DNA of 64,000 bases, from the NCBI GenBank assembly GCA_965217185.1, contig OZ244252.1, positions 1,344,001 to 1,408,000 of the forward strand, in the 5' to 3' direction. Position numbers and translations under genes: made by a program. The stretch's first letter is position 1. Every line of letters begins with the position of its first letter. The notes beneath the pieces were generated by a model that searched no databases, had not been told where the DNA came from, and worked only from the letters and a program-made list of their open reading frames with translations. Source of the stretch: an uncultured Candidatus Entotheonella sp. (GTDB taxonomy: Bacteria; Tectomicrobia; Entotheonellia; Entotheonellales; Entotheonellaceae). Positions 61,320 to 64,000 of this stretch are shown here, piece by piece.

Positions 61320-62093
61320 GAGTCTGATCCATAAGTCATCAGGCGGCGATTCCGCTTGGCGCCCTTGGGCTTGGGCACGATCTCAATCAGCTCCGATACA
61401 CCCAATTCTTTCAACGCATCCTGGAGCTTCGGACCCGCATAGCCACTATCGGCAAAGAGCCTCTCGACACACAGCCACCTCAAGGAGCGCCATAATCACA
61501 GCCGGGGCACCGTCGCGGTCCTGCACCGACGCCGCGTGGACATCAACCACGATCGGAGAGCCTTCGACGTCAACTGCGATATGGCGCTTGCGGCCCACAA
61601 CCTTCTTGCCGCCATCATAACCGCGCGGCCCCCCACTCTCCGTCGTCTTCACACGTTGGCTGTCGATAATCGCCGCTGTCGGCTCAGGCCCGCGACCTGC
61701 CTCAGCCCGCGCAAGATCACGAAGCGCATCCATCATGCGGTCGAAAACACCGCTGCCTTGCCACCTGTAAAAGTACTTCATGACCGTAGAATGGGGCGGA
61801 AAGTCTCGCGGCAGTGCCCGCCACTGGCATCCCGTGGCCAACACATACTCGACGGCATTGAAGACCTCGCGCAGATCTGTCTGGCGTGGACGCCCCAAGC
61901 GTCCCTGCTTGGGGATCATGGGTTCAATGGTCGCCCATTCTTTGTCTGTCACGTCGCTTTCGTAGCGTCTGCCGTCACGTTTATAATCCTTACGAGTGGT
62001 CCTGTTCCAAGGCATGGGGTCCTCCAAGGCTGATGTTGCAATCAACTCGGAATACCACATGTCGGGACCACTCACGACTTATGGATCAGACTC
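61320..62093 (-). mobile_element. IS5-family (IS1031-like) element, internally deleted and frameshifted
   Basis: Ends GAGTCTGATCCATAAGTC at both sides; GCQWRALP, IIDSQ, GYDGGKKVVGRKRH, FADSGY. Confidence 0.88.
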
Positions 62094-62204
62094 TTACGCC
62101 TCCAAATCACAACACAGCCGAAGTCCTGAATTCCCACTAAAAATTGCGGGGGAATTTCGCCAAAGTTTCCGTAGCGGCGGAGCACCGACTTCCCATGACG
62201 GTAT

Positions 62205-63080
62205 TCAGCGCCGCGGCCCCGACAATTCCGACAGCGACAGCCGCACCAAGTCCGCCTGCCGCGAGATGCCCAACTTGTCGTGCGCCTGCCTGATCAGCCA
62301 ACGCACCGAGCTTTCCTGTCGGCGCGTCGCCACGGCAATGTCACGCACGCTGCTGCCTGTGGCCAACCAGGCTGCCACCCGGCTCTCCGACAGCGTCAGG
62401 CCCAACGTCGCTGACACCAGCTCCGGATCGACTCTCGGCCGGCTCAACGGGTCGACCACCAGCACCAGCGCGGCGACGCGACCGCCGCTGACGTCCATCT
62501 GCCGGACCGTTACGGGGTTGACGTGCAATGCCAACCGCGGCAGGTGCGGCGAGCGCCGGACCGTCATTGAACCGCCGACCGCTTCGCCGCCATACGCCGG
62601 CAGGGCGCCCGCCAGCAGCTTTTTGAGTTGCGCGTCGTCCGCCGCGTATCGAGCCCGCAGGAAACCGCCCCGGTCATACAACCCGTCGCCTTGCAGCAGG
62701 ACCTCCCGCACGCGGTCGTTCAGCGCCACGGTTTTGCCTCGACGGTCCAGGTGGATGACCCCAAGCCGTGTATTGTCGAGCAGCAGGGGGAGGGATGCGC
62801 CCAAGGCCTCGGCGTTGACCAGCGCCTGACGCACGTGGACGAATTGACGGACATGGGGCAAAAGGCGCTCGATCATCTCGATCTGGGCGGAACCCCAGCC
62901 GCCCCGTTCGCTGGGGTCGGTAAGCATCCAGACAATGTGCGATCCATCAGGGCCGTCCAGGCGCACGTTCAGGCTGTTCTGGGCACCGGCCCGGGGCAAT
63001 GCCTCGTTGTACGTCGGCGAGGTCTTCAATTCCCGATCGGTGTAGAGGTCGCTGACGTGCATCACGCGGCTGTCGGGCAT
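62205..63080 (-). pseudogene. LuxR-type HTH regulator with PAS-like domain, N-terminus probably missing
   Basis: LLPHVRQ, GLTLSESRVA...GSSVRDIA...KLGISRQADLVRL; no RBS, abuts unrelated fragments. Confidence 0.7.
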
Positions 63081-63159
63081 GGCCGGGAGGCCGAATGATC
63101 GTACTGGTTCGCGCGCCAGGGAGCGCCCACGCCGGACCTGTCGCAGGCGTCCGGTTTCC

Positions 63160-63352
63160 GTCTCTACAGCATGCTGGTGGAGGCTGCGGTGAACAGGCTG
63201 GGGGCCGCTCGGGCGCCCGAACGCTGTTGCCTCATCACCACCGCCGCCTCACGGCAGCGGCCCGAGAGGTGCAGGCGTTTCGCGAGTGGATCCTGGAGGA
63301 GGCAGAGAACGGCGGCCGGGAAGCTTCGGGCGGCTTGCCGCGCTACCCGTGA
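63160..63352 (+). pseudogene. LysR substrate-binding domain C-terminal remnant
   Basis: MLVEAAVN.LG and EVQAFREWILEEA in different frames. Confidence 0.5.
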
Positions 63353-63404
63353 TGCGGGGGCAGGCGCCGCTTCAGGCCAGCGTGAGGGCGGCTTCGAGAG
63401 CCAG

Positions 63405-63510
63405 GTGCCGAGCCGGTCGGCAAGGCACGATCCAAAAGGGCCTGCCCCAGGCGCCCGGCGTAGGCCAAAAATACGCCGACCTGGCGGTTCTCGACTTTCC
63501 CTGTGAGACG
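63405..63510 (-). mobile_element. IS701 transposase fragment
   Basis: GKVENRQVGVFLAYA...ALLDRAL. Confidence 0.7.
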
Positions 63511-63604
63511 AGCTTGACACGGCCAAGAAATTTGGCTAGGGTTTCGCGCGCAAGTCACTCGTTAACGAGATTTGTTCACATTTCGCAATTGCGAGAAGGA
63601 GACA

Positions 63605-63838
63605 ATGGTGAAGAAGGTACTGACTCTCATCATGGCATTGGGCTTGGTAGTGGCCTTTACGGGTGTTGCGATGGCCGGCATGTGCGGTGGCCCGAAGATC
63701 ACCCTGACGCAAGCCAATGCTGACCCCACCAATACCCAGCAAAACGACCCAATCGTCATGGCCCAGGCGGAAATGACGGAAGACACTTCCCCAGTCGAGG
63801 GTACCGACGAAGAAAAGACGGACGACGACAGCAACTAA
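63605..63838 (+). CDS. Small secreted acidic protein (77 aa)
   Basis: AAGGAG RBS; signal peptide MVKKVLTL...GVAMA; terminator downstream. Confidence 0.7.
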   Translation: MVKKVLTLIMALGLVVAFTGVAMAGMCGGPKITLTQANADPTNTQQNDPIVMAQAEMTEDTSPVEGTDEEKTDDDSN

Positions 63839-63855
63839 TTGTCCCACCGTTTTTG

Positions 63856-63893
63856 CAGGCCCTGGGCGGCTCCCGCTGCCGGGGCCTGTTTTT
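63856..63893 (+). terminator. Rho-independent terminator
   Basis: CAGGCCCTGG...CCGGGGCCTG stem followed by T5. Confidence 0.7.
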
Positions 63894-64000
63894 GGTTTGA
63901 CCGCCTTAAGGCCTCGTGCTTCACGTACCGACCTGATTTTCCCCGGCGTATTTCCTCTGCATACTTGAGTATTACCGGCCCGCACATTCTTACCCATTTG

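Overview
GC-rich bacterial window that alternates intact metabolic operons with heavily decayed accessory DNA. The gene content (F420-dependent enzymes, cadherin/PPC repeat protein, many TA loci, IS and MITE debris) resembles marine sponge-symbiont genomes such as Tectomicrobia, but this is inference only. 1-4.9 kb: LLM oxidoreductase, two 2-hydroxyacid dehydrogenases, adk and an amidohydrolase. 4.9-12.8 kb: a minus-strand modular corrinoid methyl-transfer operon (homocysteine S-methyltransferase, MtaA/CmuA-type methyltransferase, corrinoid protein, RACo-type activator, three accessory proteins) with an AAA-ATPase + PIN pair inserted in it. 13-26 kb: a single-chain restriction-modification enzyme, a decayed vapBC, a 5.2 kb cadherin/PPC repeat gene with its broken T1SS ABC gene, higBA and a group II intron 5' fragment. 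26-42 kb: metal ABC uptake, amidase, ADH, a complete-looking ORF-less group IIB intron, an ABC-2 exporter, a CoA transferase, tam and a solute-binding protein. 42-64 kb: an IS and MITE graveyard with hicAB, a pentapeptide/channel-like protein and a surface lipoprotein whose start is separated from its frame by a C13 tract (candidate phase variation). Several single-base frameshifts could be sequencing or assembly errors. Family assignments come from motif recognition, not database searches.
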